From positions 294,810,001-294,874,000 of the forward strand of contig OZ024740.1 of NCBI GenBank assembly GCA_964016885.1: a stretch of DNA of 64,000 bases, in the 5' to 3' direction. This DNA comes from Eledone cirrhosa (Eukaryota). Positions 38,334-50,053 of the stretch are shown one piece after another. The notes under the pieces were generated by a model. It had not been told where the DNA came from. It searched no databases and saw only the letters and a list, made by a program, of their open reading frames with translations. The stretch's first letter is position 1. Each line of letters begins with the position of its first letter. The translations under genes and the position numbers were made by a program.

Positions 38334-38723
38334 TCATCATCATCATTTCATTTTACGTCTGCTTGTCCCTGCTTGCAAGGGTGGGACGGGAACCGATTCT
38401 GGCTTGATTTCTACAGCTGGATGCCCTTCCTAACACCAACCTCATTTACAGTGAGTGCTGGGTGCTCTTTTGTCCATGGCGCCTACACGTCCACTTTACA
38501 GTGTGGGCTGGGTGCTTTTTTGCCGTGGCACCTCCACGACCACTTTGCAGTGGAATGATATGGACCCCAGTCCCTATCATCTCATTTCTACAGCTGAGTA
38601 AACTGGAGCAATGTGAAATAAAGTGTCTTGCTCAAGGAAACAACACATCACTCGGTCTGAGAATTGAACTCACAACCTTTCGATTGCCAGGCCAATGCTC
38701 TAAACACTAAGCCATGTGCCTCC
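38334..38723 (-). mobile_element. tRNA-headed CORE-like SINE, family B, full length
   Basis: head GGAGGCACATGGCTTAGTG...GTGAGTTCAATTC, CORE-like ttccttgagcaagacacttta, RTE-type 3' tail with (TGA)n. Confidence 0.88.
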
Positions 38724-40295
38724 TGTATATATATATAAAAAATATTTTTTCAAAGGGGAACAGAAAGAGACCACAGTTAAATATAGTACTCAATATATAA
38801 AGTAGAGAAGGTATAAGATTTATTTCATATGTGTATATGTGAGTGTGAAGGTGTGTATCTATTTGTGTTCTCTCTTCTCTTTGCATTCAACATCACAGGC
38901 AGTTGTGTGAAGAATCCAGAGGAAGGGCATCCAGCCACAGATTTCTACCTTGAAAAGTCATATTTAACTGGAAAAAAAGATATAAAATTGACGTTGATGA
39001 ATATATATATATATATATTCAGGCACAATACAGTCGGTATTAGACAATCTAAGATAAATTCTATGAAGGAGTATGTCATCTTCATTCTTATATGCTTGCT
39101 GTCATTAGATAGATGGGTCAGAGTGACCTCATTTTACTCATGTATTTCATATTTGGTATGGTTTCTATGGATGAATGCTCTTCCTAATGTCAACTACTTT
39201 ACACAGTGTCAGGGTACAGAGTGCATTTTATTTTGGCATCAGCACTTGAAAAATTGTCATATACTCATCCAGATCGAAGAGACTTCTCTACCATGCATCA
39301 CCAACCACTTTACAGAATGTACTAGGTGTAGATACAGAGGTTGTCAGATACAAGTCTCACTGTGAAAACACAAATGAATGGAGACATACATTTTGTTCTT
39401 TGCTTCATTAATAGAAAAATATATTTAAAGCAATCCCTCTATTTTTCTTTGTAAGAAGAAAATAACAAAATGTATTTACATTTGTCTATGTTTTTATAGA
39501 GAGGCTTATAATTTAAAAACTCTAGGTATTTTTATACAAAATTTATCGGTTTTTAGATTTTGCACATATGTATGTACGGATACAGAAACATTGTTGACTG
39601 GTTAGCAACATCAATTTTGTGCAAAGAAAGTGAAAAAATGTCACAAGTTTGCTTCTGCACACATGTTACCTAGTTTCATGTGGTAATTAGAAGTGACATA
39701 TTTATTATAGATAAATATATTGAATATTTTCATATGCTACAGAAAGTTATGACAGTCACGTATGTAATGTTGTAGATATACATACACACATTTTAATAAG
39801 AAATATTTAGTAAGATTTCAAAAAGAATTAAACAGTTGATTACCTCTCATGGAATTAATTTAAGATAACCACTTATTTAAAAAAAGCTTTCACTATTTAG
39901 GTAAGGAGGGAAGAGTAATGTCCATGACTCATTTCAGGGTCATTAAGACTGGTGAAAGTGAAGGAGGAAAGTGCCTTCAAATCAGAAACCTGTTTCAAAT
40001 TCTTGTAACAGAGTGACTCAACTAAAGGTACCCAAGTGTGAACTGGTGGTGTTAAACCAGGTGATGGATCATGTTTATCACCCAAACAGGATTTGAACTC
40101 TGAATGCATAGATTTTGGAACAAATATCACAAGACATCTAGTCCAATGCTCTAATATTTCTGTCAATCCACTGAACTGGTCTGAATTGGTACTTTATCAT
40201 CCATAGAAGAATGAAGAGTAAGTGTTAACATCAAAAGGATTTGAACCCAGAGTGCAGAGAATTGGGAACAAATATTACAAGGCTTTTGTTAACTA

Positions 40296-41669
40296 TCTAC
40301 TTATATATATAACCAGCAATTTCTCTGTCTGTCTGTCCGACAGTGGAAACACGTGCGTAGAGAGAGAGTGAGAGTGAAAGAAAGAGACAGACTACGAGAG
40401 GGGGATAGCGGGAGGGAGAGAGAGAGAGTGAATAGATGCTAAAACACGTGCTACAGAAGCATTACCTTCCCCTCTCCACTGACTTTGCGTCAAAATGACG
40501 TAATGCAGACAGATATTATAAGGGCACAACGTTATATCTATGTATCTATCTAAAAAGAAAGACTAAGAATTATATAGAGAGAACGCTAAATCGCCTAATG
40601 CGGTCCCTAGGGCATTGAAAATTTGAAATAATTTTGCTCAAAACACTCACAGGACCATAAGTATTACATGTCTAAAGTTTGAAAACAATCGGTTGGATGG
40701 TTCTCAAGTTTTAGTGAGCTGACAGACAGACATTCTCTGTTTTAGATATATAGACTAGCAGAAAACCGTCCACGGGTGGTTTTCTGCTAGTCTATATATA
40801 TAAAACTGAGGATGTCTGTCTGTGTGTGTGAGTTTGAATCCCTAAAACCTGAGAAGCACCCAACCGACTGTTTTCAAACTTTACACATGTAGTTCTGAGC
40901 AAAAATAATTTCAAATTTTCAATGCCCTAGGGACCGCATTAGGCGATTTAGCGATCTCTCTCTATAATTCTTAGTCTTTCTCTTTTTAGATAGATACATA
41001 CATATAATGTTACGCTCTTATAATATCTGTCTGTATGTCTGCATTACGTCACTTCCCTGAGGATGTCTGTCTGTGTGTGTGTGATTTTGAATCCCTAAAA
41101 CTCGAGAAGTACCCAACCGATTTTCTTCAAACTTTACATGCGTATTACTTATGTTTCAGAGAGTGTTATGCATACAAAAAATTCAACTTTTTGATCCCCT
41201 AGGGCCCGCATTAGGTAAAAAACTGCGTTTTTTCAGCTTTTTTGAGGCGTTACATCAGACCTATTTCCTTGAAACTGTAACTATGTATTAGTCAGTCTCT
41301 TCTTCATATCGTGAGCAAAGAAAATCCAACTTTTTTATGGCCTAGGGCTCGCATTAGGTGAAAAACTTCATTTTTTCAGCTTGTTAGGACTTTTTTGAGG
41401 CGTCACGTCTAGCCGATTTTCCCGAAATTTCAAGGCATTTTATGCAGATAAAAAAATTCATTTTCTTGATCCTCTAGGGCGCGCAGTAGGTGAAAACCTG
41501 CATTTTTCCTGCTTCATCGAGGAAAATCTTAAAGATTATCCAGCCATCAGAGTATTCGGTTTATTTTCTTTACATAGTGTCCAGGCATGCAGTTTTTCCA
41601 CGATTAGGTCTGTTGGCGGCCCGCGTTCCAAAATACCTTATCCCGTGCAACGCCGGGTACCACTGCTAG
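40296..41669 (+). mobile_element. Compound non-autonomous Helitron(s)
   Basis: 5' A|TC at 40296, internal CTAG|TC junction at 40790/40791, 3' hairpin cccgtgcaacgccggg then CTAG|T at 41669; (GTCT)n near the 5' ends; ctaggg..cgca.tagg subrepeats. Confidence 0.8.
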
Positions 41670-42194
41670 TATGTAATAAAACTTATATATCTCTGACTCA
41701 ACATAGGAAACAAAGAAGAAATGAAAATGCCATTTAAGTGAGACAAAAAGCAAGTAGAGGAAAAGAGGGAGAGAGAGAGAGAGTGGGGTGGGAGGGAGCA
41801 GACACTAGGAGAAAAGTAAGTACAGTAAGGTTGAGTGTAATGTCTTTACTTGAGTTTAAAGCTTATATGTTATTAACAAGATAGAGCAAACAAGTTTAAT
41901 CCACAAAGATGTGGATGAATAGATAATTGAAATTTAAAAAAATAATTTTAATAACAAAATCAATAAATCAGTTATATCTATTGAATGAAATCAAAGAATT
42001 TTTATAAGTGTTAAATTTCAGCTTGACAAACTTAAAATTTAACCTGTATTTGTTTCAAAAGGTGATATGAAAGTTCAAGGAAACTATGAGGTTTTGTAAA
42101 GAAAAAAAAAAGACAAACTTACCCCCACCACACTAAAAAAATAACAACAACAAAAACAAAATGTAGAACATCATGAGAAAAGTAATATACTAAC

Positions 42195-42370
42195 AACTTT
42201 TCCAGGTGCAGGTTTCTTCTCTTTTTTATCTTGCCAGTTATTCAATGTTTGTATTTCTTTTTGTAGCAGTTGTAGTCTTTTACCCGCAGAAGCAAGAAGT
42301 GTTTCCAGTTCTGTTTGTAAACGGTCAATTTCATCTCCTCCAATGCCTTCTTCTTGAGTTCGCGATAACA
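42195..42370 (-). CDS. TADA3: TADA3 coding exon 2 (VLSRTQEEGIGGDEIDRLQTELETLLASAGKRLQLLQKEIQTLNNWQDKKEKKPAPGKV)
   Basis: acceptor cttccttcag, donor gttagt; 176 nt, phase 1 to 0; LQxELETLL...WQDKK motif of ADA3. Confidence 0.95.
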
Positions 42371-43325
42371 CTGAAGGAAGACAAGCATTGCAATCATAAC
42401 ACAATTACACAAAGTCTCGTTTTCTCCTCAGTGTCAACCAGTGTGGTTTTCATAAAAGTACATTTACCAGAAACTTGTTCTCCTATGACATTTATCAATG
42501 GTCTCTCGCCTATGACACAGTCAGCACAAATAAAAACCTCAACTTTGTCTGGCATGAGATCCTCCTAACTAAATTTCTCATCTATTGCATTCAGCTGTTT
42601 CGCATTAGAAGCTTTCAGCCACATGTCCTGATAGAGTTGTACCATGCCATCTCTACACACAATTAAATCCTGAAAAATAACTACAAATACTGGACAACAC
42701 ATTTTTTCAAGATCTTTCAAAACAACATTGCTAAAATGCCTGACAAAGATTAGGTTCCCTCTTTAGAGCTTGAAGAAACTTTCTCATCAGTTGCTAACTT
42801 TCTACTGCTTGCATATTTGGAATGGTGCTGTTGTTTGACAATAATCCATTACTCAGCAGCATTTGAAAACCACAAGCTCATGGATGCAGTTTTTTGTCTG
42901 TTTCTTTTACAGATACTATAATGGCCCCCTGGAACACTGTACTAGTCAGCTGTTCTCTGCCTACTAAAACCAAAGCAATATGCTCTGTATAAATTGGCAA
43001 CAAAGTTCACTGAACTTGGTAAAGAAGCAACTGTAACTTACACCCAGGTGATTTTTTGATCTTTTGGTACAAAATAGACTGAATGTTTCAGCCCTCATTT
43101 CTTAAAAGAACCATCCCTGGTTCTAGGAAACTAAACCACCCATTTAAATTAAAATCTTCCACAATATTTTCATATAAGAACCTTACATTAAGTTACTATC
43201 TTAGTAATGAAATAATTCATAATTTTAATAAATCCTTCAAAATTCTTCATTTAGAAGCTTTTAGTATATAAAGCTTATAGATTTCAATATATCAGACAAA
43301 CAATATATTCATAATGAAAACTCAC

Positions 43326-43431
43326 CTGATGAGTAAAGAGGACATGATTTTGTATGGTCAACAGGTTTGAGATCTGGAAATTGGAGGGGACAATCCTTTG
43401 AGTCACCTAACCCTTTACCCTTGCCTTTCAT
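43326..43431 (-). CDS. TADA3: TADA3 coding exon 1 (MKGKGKGLGDSKDCPLQFPDLKPVDHTKSCPLYSS)
   Basis: ATG at 43431, 5 nt downstream of acceptor gttttgtag; donor G|gtgag; DCPLQFPD..VDH matches the metazoan ADA3 N-terminus; 106 nt, ends phase 1. Confidence 0.93.
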
Positions 43432-43540
43432 GATGTCTACAAAACAAATACCAGAAGAAAAGAAGATATTTAGTACTTCAAATTATTTTTGATTATATAT
43501 TATAATTAACAATAAAGAAAATAAATAAATATATATAGCA

Positions 43541-46070
43541 ATTAGAGTCGTACACTATAGAGGAACAGTGGGAATTCCTGAAAGCTAACCTGCTGAAGGC
43601 GACAGATGAAACCTGTGGCTGGAGCAGGCCTATAGGCAGGAGGAGAGTAACTTGGTGGTGGAACAGTAAGGTGGAGAGGTCAATCAAGGCCAAAAAGCAG
43701 GCTTGGAAAGCATGGCGGGATGGGGGAAGTAGAGAAGACTATCAAGTGGCCAGGAGGGAAGGTAGGAGACAAGTGTACTTCGCAAGAAGGGAAGCAGAGG
43801 AAAGAAAGTTCAAGCATGTTCTACAACGTGAGGACTAAAAACGTGAGGTGTTCAGGATTGCTAGGCAATGTGTCAAGGAAAACAGTGATATTGTCGGAGA
43901 GAAGTGTGTCCTAAATGATGTACTTGCCATCACTGACGCTGATAAGAAGGTAGCTTGGAAGTGTCACTACGAAAGGCTACTAAATGAGGAGAATAATTGG
44001 GAGAAAGACAGTCTCCCCCACATTGACCCAATAGAGGGACCAGCAGTGCTAGTTGAAGGTAGTATAATAAGTAAGGCGATCAAAGACATGAAGACGGACG
44101 GGCCTTCGGAAATAGTTGCCGAAATGCTGAAAGCATCTGGAACGGAGGGACACACTATGGTCACCCGGATAGTAAACCAAGTCATACAGAATGGGGTCGT
44201 TCCGAAGGACTGGCGCAGTAGCATCATCATTAACTGCTACAAGGCTAAAGGTGATGCCCTAGATAGGGGAAACTATAGAAGCATTAAATTAAATGACCAG
44301 GTCATGAAGGTCACAGAAAAAGTAATAGCGCAACTAATCAGAGAGCGAATTGATCTAGACGAAATGCAGTTTGGGTTTGTGTCAGGAAAAAGTACAACAG
44401 ACGCTCTTTTCATTGTACGACAACTACAGGAGAAGTACCTAGCTAAAAGTAAACCCCTATACTTAGCTTTTGTTGACTTGGAGAAAGCCTTTGACAGCGT
44501 ACCCCGCTTGATTATCTGGTGGGCCCTTAGAAAACTAGGTGTTGATGAATGGCTTGTGAGAGCTATACAAGCCATGTATAAAGAAACAGTCAGCAAGGTT
44601 AGAATTAACAACGAATATAGTGAAGAGTTTAGCGTAAAAGTTGGTGTTCATCAGGGCTCCGTCCTTAGCCCCCTACTATTTATTATTGCCCTTCAGGCTA
44701 TAACAGAGGAGTTCAAGACCGGCTGCCCATGGGAACTCCTATATGCAGATGATCTAACGCTCATAGCTGAATCAATGGCTGAACTAGAGAAGAAATTCCA
44801 AACATGGAAGCATGGCCTAGAATCAAAAGGCCTTAAAGTTAAATTGTCTAAGACTAAAGTTCTAGTTTGTAGGAAGGAAAATAGGGCACCGGTCCCATCT
44901 GGGAAATGGCCATGCTCAGTGTGTAGGAAAGGAGTAGGTAGAAACTCCATTTTATGTCCCAAATGCAAAGTATGGGTACATAAAAGATGTAGTGGGATCA
45001 CAGGTAAGCTAACTAAGAATATAGATTTTATATGTGGCCGGTGCTCTGGTGCAATAAGTAGCAAGTGCCCACAGAATACTAACTCATTCCATTGCACAGA
45101 TGGTTCTATAGAAATAGTGGATAGCTTCTGTTACCTGGGTGATAAAATCAGCAGTGGGGGACGGTGCTCTGAAAGTACTGTAGCTAGAGTCAGAACGGGA
45201 TGGAAAAAGTTCAGAGAGCTTATACCACTATTGGCCGCTAAAGGGTTCTCTCTAAAAATGAAAGGCAGGCTGTATGATGCCTGCATACAAACAGCAATAT
45301 TACATGGCAGTGAGACCTGGGCATTGTGTGCAGAGGATATACGCAGACTGGAGAGAAACGAAGCTTGCATGCTCCGCTGGATGTGTAATAGTAATATACG
45401 TGAACGGCAAAGCATAAACGGACTAAGGGAGAAATTAGAAATAAGAGGGATCAGATGTTGTTTACTCGAGAGAAGACTACGTTGGTATAGTCACGTGATG
45501 CGGATGAAAGACAGCTGTATAAAAAAGTGCAGGGCAATAAAAATAGACGGTAGCCACGGAGTAGGCAGACCCAGAAAAACCTGGGACGACTTAATAAATT
45601 CCGACCTCACACACTTACACCTCTCCAAGACAATGTCACTGGACCGAGAGCTTTGGCGCTACACAGTAATAGAGAAGACCCGCCTTACCTAAGTACAAAG
45701 TGAAACCTACTAAAGTCAGTAGGCACCTCTAACAAAATACACCCCCGTCCCACTACCCACACCACCCCTTTCAATGTAAAGTTATGTTGGTGTCACAACA
45801 TCCAGCCCGAAACAAATGAGATCGTGTAGGTGTCACGACAAAAAAACACAGTCCACGCTGTAATGTGGCCGTGTAGGTAACACGGTAAAAACCTCCCAGT
45901 TCCACACTGTAAATGTGATTGGTGTTAGGAAGGGCATCCAGCTGTAGAAAACCAGCCAGACAGTCCTATGCGAGCAAGACAACCACTCTTGCCTCAAGTG
46001 GGAAAACTCCCGTCCAAACCCATGCAAGCGTGGAATATGGACGTTAAACGATGATGATGATGATGATGAT
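43541..46070 (+). mobile_element. 5'-truncated RTE-clade LINE, antisense within the TADA3 5' intron
   Basis: ORF2 open apart from one stop near 43836; 3' UTR ending ggacgttaaacgatgatgatg. Confidence 0.95.
43848..45692 (+). CDS. RTE ORF2 reverse transcriptase (614-aa open frame, no endonuclease) with an internal PHD-type zinc finger
   Basis: NYRSIKL, QFGF, FVDLEKAFD, GVHQGSVLSPLLF, YADD, FCYLG, LHGSETW, RRLRWYSHV, GRPRKTW. Confidence 0.9.
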   Translation: MFRIARQCVKENSDIVGEKCVLNDVLAITDADKKVAWKCHYERLLNEENNWEKDSLPHIDPIEGPAVLVEGSIISKAIKDMKTDGPSEIVAEMLKASGTEGHTMVTRIVNQVIQNGVVPKDWRSSIIINCYKAKGDALDRGNYRSIKLNDQVMKVTEKVIAQLIRERIDLDEMQFGFVSGKSTTDALFIVRQLQEKYLAKSKPLYLAFVDLEKAFDSVPRLIIWWALRKLGVDEWLVRAIQAMYKETVSKVRINNEYSEEFSVKVGVHQGSVLSPLLFIIALQAITEEFKTGCPWELLYADDLTLIAESMAELEKKFQTWKHGLESKGLKVKLSKTKVLVCRKENRAPVPSGKWPCSVCRKGVGRNSILCPKCKVWVHKRCSGITGKLTKNIDFICGRCSGAISSKCPQNTNSFHCTDGSIEIVDSFCYLGDKISSGGRCSESTVARVRTGWKKFRELIPLLAAKGFSLKMKGRLYDACIQTAILHGSETWALCAEDIRRLERNEACMLRWMCNSNIRERQSINGLREKLEIRGIRCCLLERRLRWYSHVMRMKDSCIKKCRAIKIDGSHGVGRPRKTWDDLINSDLTHLHLSKTMSLDRELWRYTVIEKTRLT

Positions 46071-47249
46071 TATGTAAAGTGGTTATGTAGATGTCATGAC
46101 AAAAAATACCCAGTATACACTGTTAGGTGGTCATGTAGGTGTCAGGAGAAAAAGCACCCGGCACACACTGTTAAGTGGTTTTGTAGGTGTCATGACAAAA
46201 ATCATCCAGTACACATGAATGAGAGAAAAGCTGAGCATAAGAAGGATTTGATACAGCGTACAAGAGAGAAGACTGCACTGGTGTGGACATGTGATGCATA
46301 TGAAGAATGATAGCTGCATAAAAATGTGCAGGGAACTCAAAATTGATGGAAACTGTGGAAAAGGTAGATCCAGAAAAACTTAGGATGATGACACAGGATC
46401 AAGTCATTTGGCGACATGCTGTATAAAAAACTCGCAATCTAATATGAGTGGGGTTAAATGCAAACAGAGAGGTAGACAGTCTCTTTCCCTCAGTCCACCT
46501 TCTCCACCATAACACCCCCATATTAGATGTAACTCACTCTCTTTAAAGCAACCTCCATAACCCACTGCTTCCTCTCCCATCGCGGTAAGATGCCCCCTCC
46601 CTTAGTTCTATCAATACTTCATTAGTAAAGGGGCTTTCATAAAAATGTATCTATTCTACTCTGTATATATCTTTACCCTTTTTTGTCTACTTTTCATGCT
46701 AGCATGGGTCAGATGAGTTGTCCTGTTGTGAGACATGTCAGATTAGGTGACCGTGTCTTGCGTGGTTTCTATGAATGGATGCCCTTTCTAATGCCAGCTA
46801 CATAACAGCATGGACTGGGTCCTTTTTCATTGTCTCTCCAGCATGATCACCTTACAGAGTGGGTTGTGTGCTTTTTGTCATGTCACCAACATGATCACTT
46901 TACAGAGTGGACTGGGTACTTTTTTAGTTGTCATCAGCACAACCAACCTATTGGGTGGATTGAGTTTTTTGTTGTCACCAGCATGGTATACTAAGGGCTT
47001 TGTTGTGTTAACAGCATGACCACTTTACAAGGTGGACTAAGTGCTTTTTGTCATTGTGGGTGAGTGTGTCTAGCTTTCCATGATTGTATGCATGGATTGG
47101 ACAGGAGAGGTGAATCAAATGTAGAAGATAGGGGGATGAGGGAGAGTGTGGTGTGTGTATGTAGGAGAGATAGTTCTAAGGTGGGGGACTTAGCTGAGGA
47201 AGGGGGTGAGTGTTAAGACATGGGAGAGGAAAAGATGAAGGCGCAGACT

Positions 47250-47750
47250 TCTAGATGTTTGCTTCATCCTGCACATGAGAAAGCAGGTCATCTGACATCA
47301 CTAGAGATCTCAATCTCTTTAAGCAGTTTAATTTTGCAAGGTCAGCTTTTATCACTTCATCCCAAGCTTTCCTAGGTCTTCCTCTTCCATAGTTTCCTTC
47401 AATTTTGAGTACCCTGCACCTTTTTATACAGCTATCATCATCCATATACATCACATGTCCATACCACCACATTCTCCTCTCCAGCACACTGCATCTGATC
47501 CCTTTTATGCCCAATTTCTCTCTCAGTTCATTGATGCTTCACTATTAATGTATATTACTATTACATACAAACTTCATTTCTTTCCAATCTTCGTAGGTCT
47601 TCTGCACACAGCACTCACTTCCATGCAGCACTATTGTTCTTACACAAGCATCATACAATTTGCCTTTCATTTGATAGAGTTTGTTTCCTGTGAGCATTTA
47701 CTGCTTACTATTTTGGTGCATCGACCACATGCAAAACCTACATTCTTTGC
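47250..47750 (-). mobile_element. RTE ORF2 C-terminal relic
   Basis: ERRMWWYGHV...GRGRPRKAWDEV. Confidence 0.8.
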
Positions 47751-47985
47751 TAGTCTGAAATCCCACTACATCTCGTGTGTGTTACGTATATATATATGCG
47801 TGTGTGTGTCTGTGGTTGTTTATGTTCCATGAATTAACAGTACCAGACTTTTGGAGCAGATATAATCAACTAAAATAACCTTCAGTCAAGTGACTGATAC
47901 CAGTAAAAGAATAAAATAGAACAATTATATATACATATACACTAGAATTCCACTCAGTGTGTGTCCATGTGAGAATTTTTCCTTA

Positions 47986-48203
47986 TACAAGGGGGTGCTG
48001 AAAAGTTCTTGGCTTTGGGTGAAAGAAAATACAGGAAGATCAGTTAATTATGATTTTATCCAACATATTCCCCTCTCAGATTCACACACTTATTGCAGTG
48101 GTCCTTCAGCTTTTCTAAGCTCCGTAAAAAGAACTTGGAAGGTTGAGCTTCCAACCAGGCCTCTGTAGTGATCAAGCCAGCAACTTTTCAGCACCCCCTC
48201 TTA
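47986..48203. mobile_element. Mariner-type MITE
   Basis: TIRs TAcaagggggtgctgaaaagtt and aacttttcagcaccccctctTA. Confidence 0.85.
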
Positions 48204-48234
48204 TATATTTGGTTGTGTATGTATCTGTATATAT

Positions 48235-49485
48235 ATGTTCAGGATTGCAAGGCAGTGCATTAGAGAAAATTGTGATATCGTTGGTGAGAAGTGTGTCCAG
48301 GATGATAAAGGCGCACTTGCCTTTGCAGATGCTAAGGAAGCTGCATGGAAGAACCATTATGAAAGATTACTGAATGAAGAGAATGCATGGGAGAAAGAGA
48401 CCCTACCCCAAGTGGACCCCATAGAAGACCCAGCTGCACAAGTTAGCAGTAGTGTAGTAAGTAAAGCTATTAAGGATATGAAGACAGGGAAAGCAGCAAA
48501 CAACCACAGGAAACAAGTGCTATCAAATTTTGGGAAGGTTCGGTAGAAGCAGTAGATAGCTTCTGCTACCTGGGTGACCAAATTAGCTGCAGAGGTAGGT
48601 GTTCTGAAAGTACAGAAGCCACGGTGAGAAGGGGATGGAATAAGTTCAGAGAGCTATTACCACTGCTAGCTACAAAAGGCTTTCCTTCAAAATGAAAAGC
48701 AGACTGTATGTGTGCATACGAGCAGCAATGTTGCATAGTAGTAAGACATGGACGTCATGTGCAGAGGACTTGCAAAGATAGGAAAGAAATGAAGTTTGCA
48801 AGCTCTGATGGATGTGTAGTAGTAATATTCATGAATGGCAAAGCATAAATGAACTGAGAGAAACTAGGCATAAGAGGGATCAATGCAGCGTGTAGGAGAG
48901 GAGACTGCATTCGTATGGACATGTGATGCGTTTGAAAGATGAAAGTTGTATAAAAAGGTGCAGAGTGCTCAAAGTTGATGGAGGCCATGGAGTAGGAAGA
49001 CCCTAGAAGACTTGGGAGCAGTTGATAAAAGCTGACCTTGCACAATTTCACCTCTCAAAGGTGATGGCAGGACAGAAATCTCTGGTGCTATGCAGTAATA
49101 CAGAAGACCCGCCTCCCCATGAGCACACATACAGTATGCACCACCCTCACCACTACCCCACCCCCTTCCATTAACGCCCCACATCCTTCCTTCACACACC
49201 CAAATACCCCCCCCCCCCAATCCACATACACTTCTCACCAAAGCGGTCGTGGTGGTGATATGACAAAAAGCGCTCAGCCCACACTGTAAAGTGGTCGTGT
49301 AGGTATCATAAGAAAAAGCACGCAGCACACACTGTAAATGTAGTTGGTGTTAGGAAGGGCTGTAGAAGCCAAGCCAAAAGCAGTTCTGTATGAGCAAGGT
49401 ATGGTCACCTGGCATTTCTCACAACAGGACAACTCATCTAACTCATGCTAGCGTGGGAAAATGGACGTTAAAGGGTGATGAAGAT
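48235..49485 (+). mobile_element. Internally deleted RTE LINE (RT core missing)
   Basis: FRIARQCIREN...KDMKTGKAA joined to VEAVDSFCYLG..., followed by 3' UTR and tail. Confidence 0.85.
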
Positions 49486-49500
49486 ATATATATATATCAT

Positions 49501-49845
49501 GGAGGCACATGGCTTAGTGGTTAGAGCATTGGCCTTGCAATCAAAAGGTTGTGAGTTCAATTCTCAGAAAAGGCGATGTGTTGTTTCCTTGAGCAAGGCA
49601 CTTTATTTCACATTGCTCCAGTTTACTCAGCTGTAGCAATGAGATGATAGGGACTGGGGTCCCTATCATTCCACTGCAAAGTGGTCGTGGAGGTGCCACG
49701 GCAAAAAAGCACCCAGCACTCACTGTAAATGAGGTTGGTGTTAGGAAGGGCATCCAGCTGTAGAAATCAAGCCAGAATCAGTTCCCGTCCCACCCTTGCA
49801 AGCAGGGAAAAGTGGACGTAAAATGAAATGATGAAATGATGATGA
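49501..49845 (+). mobile_element. SINE family B, full length
   Basis: A box TGGCTTAGTGG, B box GTGAGTTCAATTC; reverse complement of 38334-38723 lacking one internal unit of about 47 bp. Confidence 0.88.
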
Positions 49846-49864
49846 TATATTATATATTATGTAT

Positions 49865-50053
49865 GGCGGTGGATTGGCAGTATCGGTAGAGGGTCGGACG
49901 CCATGCTTTCCAGCATAGTTACGTCCCTTTACGATCTGAGTTCAAATCCCGCCGAGGTTGACTTTGCCTTTCATCCTTACAGGGTCGATAAAATAAAGTA
50001 CCAGTAATGCACTGGATGATTGCTGGCCTTATGCCTAAAGTAGAAACAATTAT
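49865..50053 (+). mobile_element. SINE family A, best-preserved copy
   Basis: ggcggtggattggcagtatcggtaga...ctgagttcaaatcccgccgaggttgactttgcctttcatcc...gggtcgataaaataaagtaccag. Confidence 0.82.

Noticed and set aside
38829-39365. 178-aa ORF
   Set aside because: Runs through SINE relics and (TA)n; no recognisable domain
39897-40166. 89-aa minus-strand ORF inside TADA3 intron 2
   Set aside because: Starts within a SINE head, lacks convincing splice sites and has no similarity I recognise
42380-43050. Possible poison exon or antisense exon in TADA3 coding intron 1
   Set aside because: Isolated splice-like signals (acceptor about 42670, donor about 43040) do not pair into a coherent exon
43967-45415. 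Minus-strand ORFs of 87-134 aa
   Set aside because: Antisense shadows of the RTE ORF2
49501-49575. tRNA gene
   Set aside because: A and B boxes are present but there is no complete cloverleaf; it continues into a SINE body and has multiple copies
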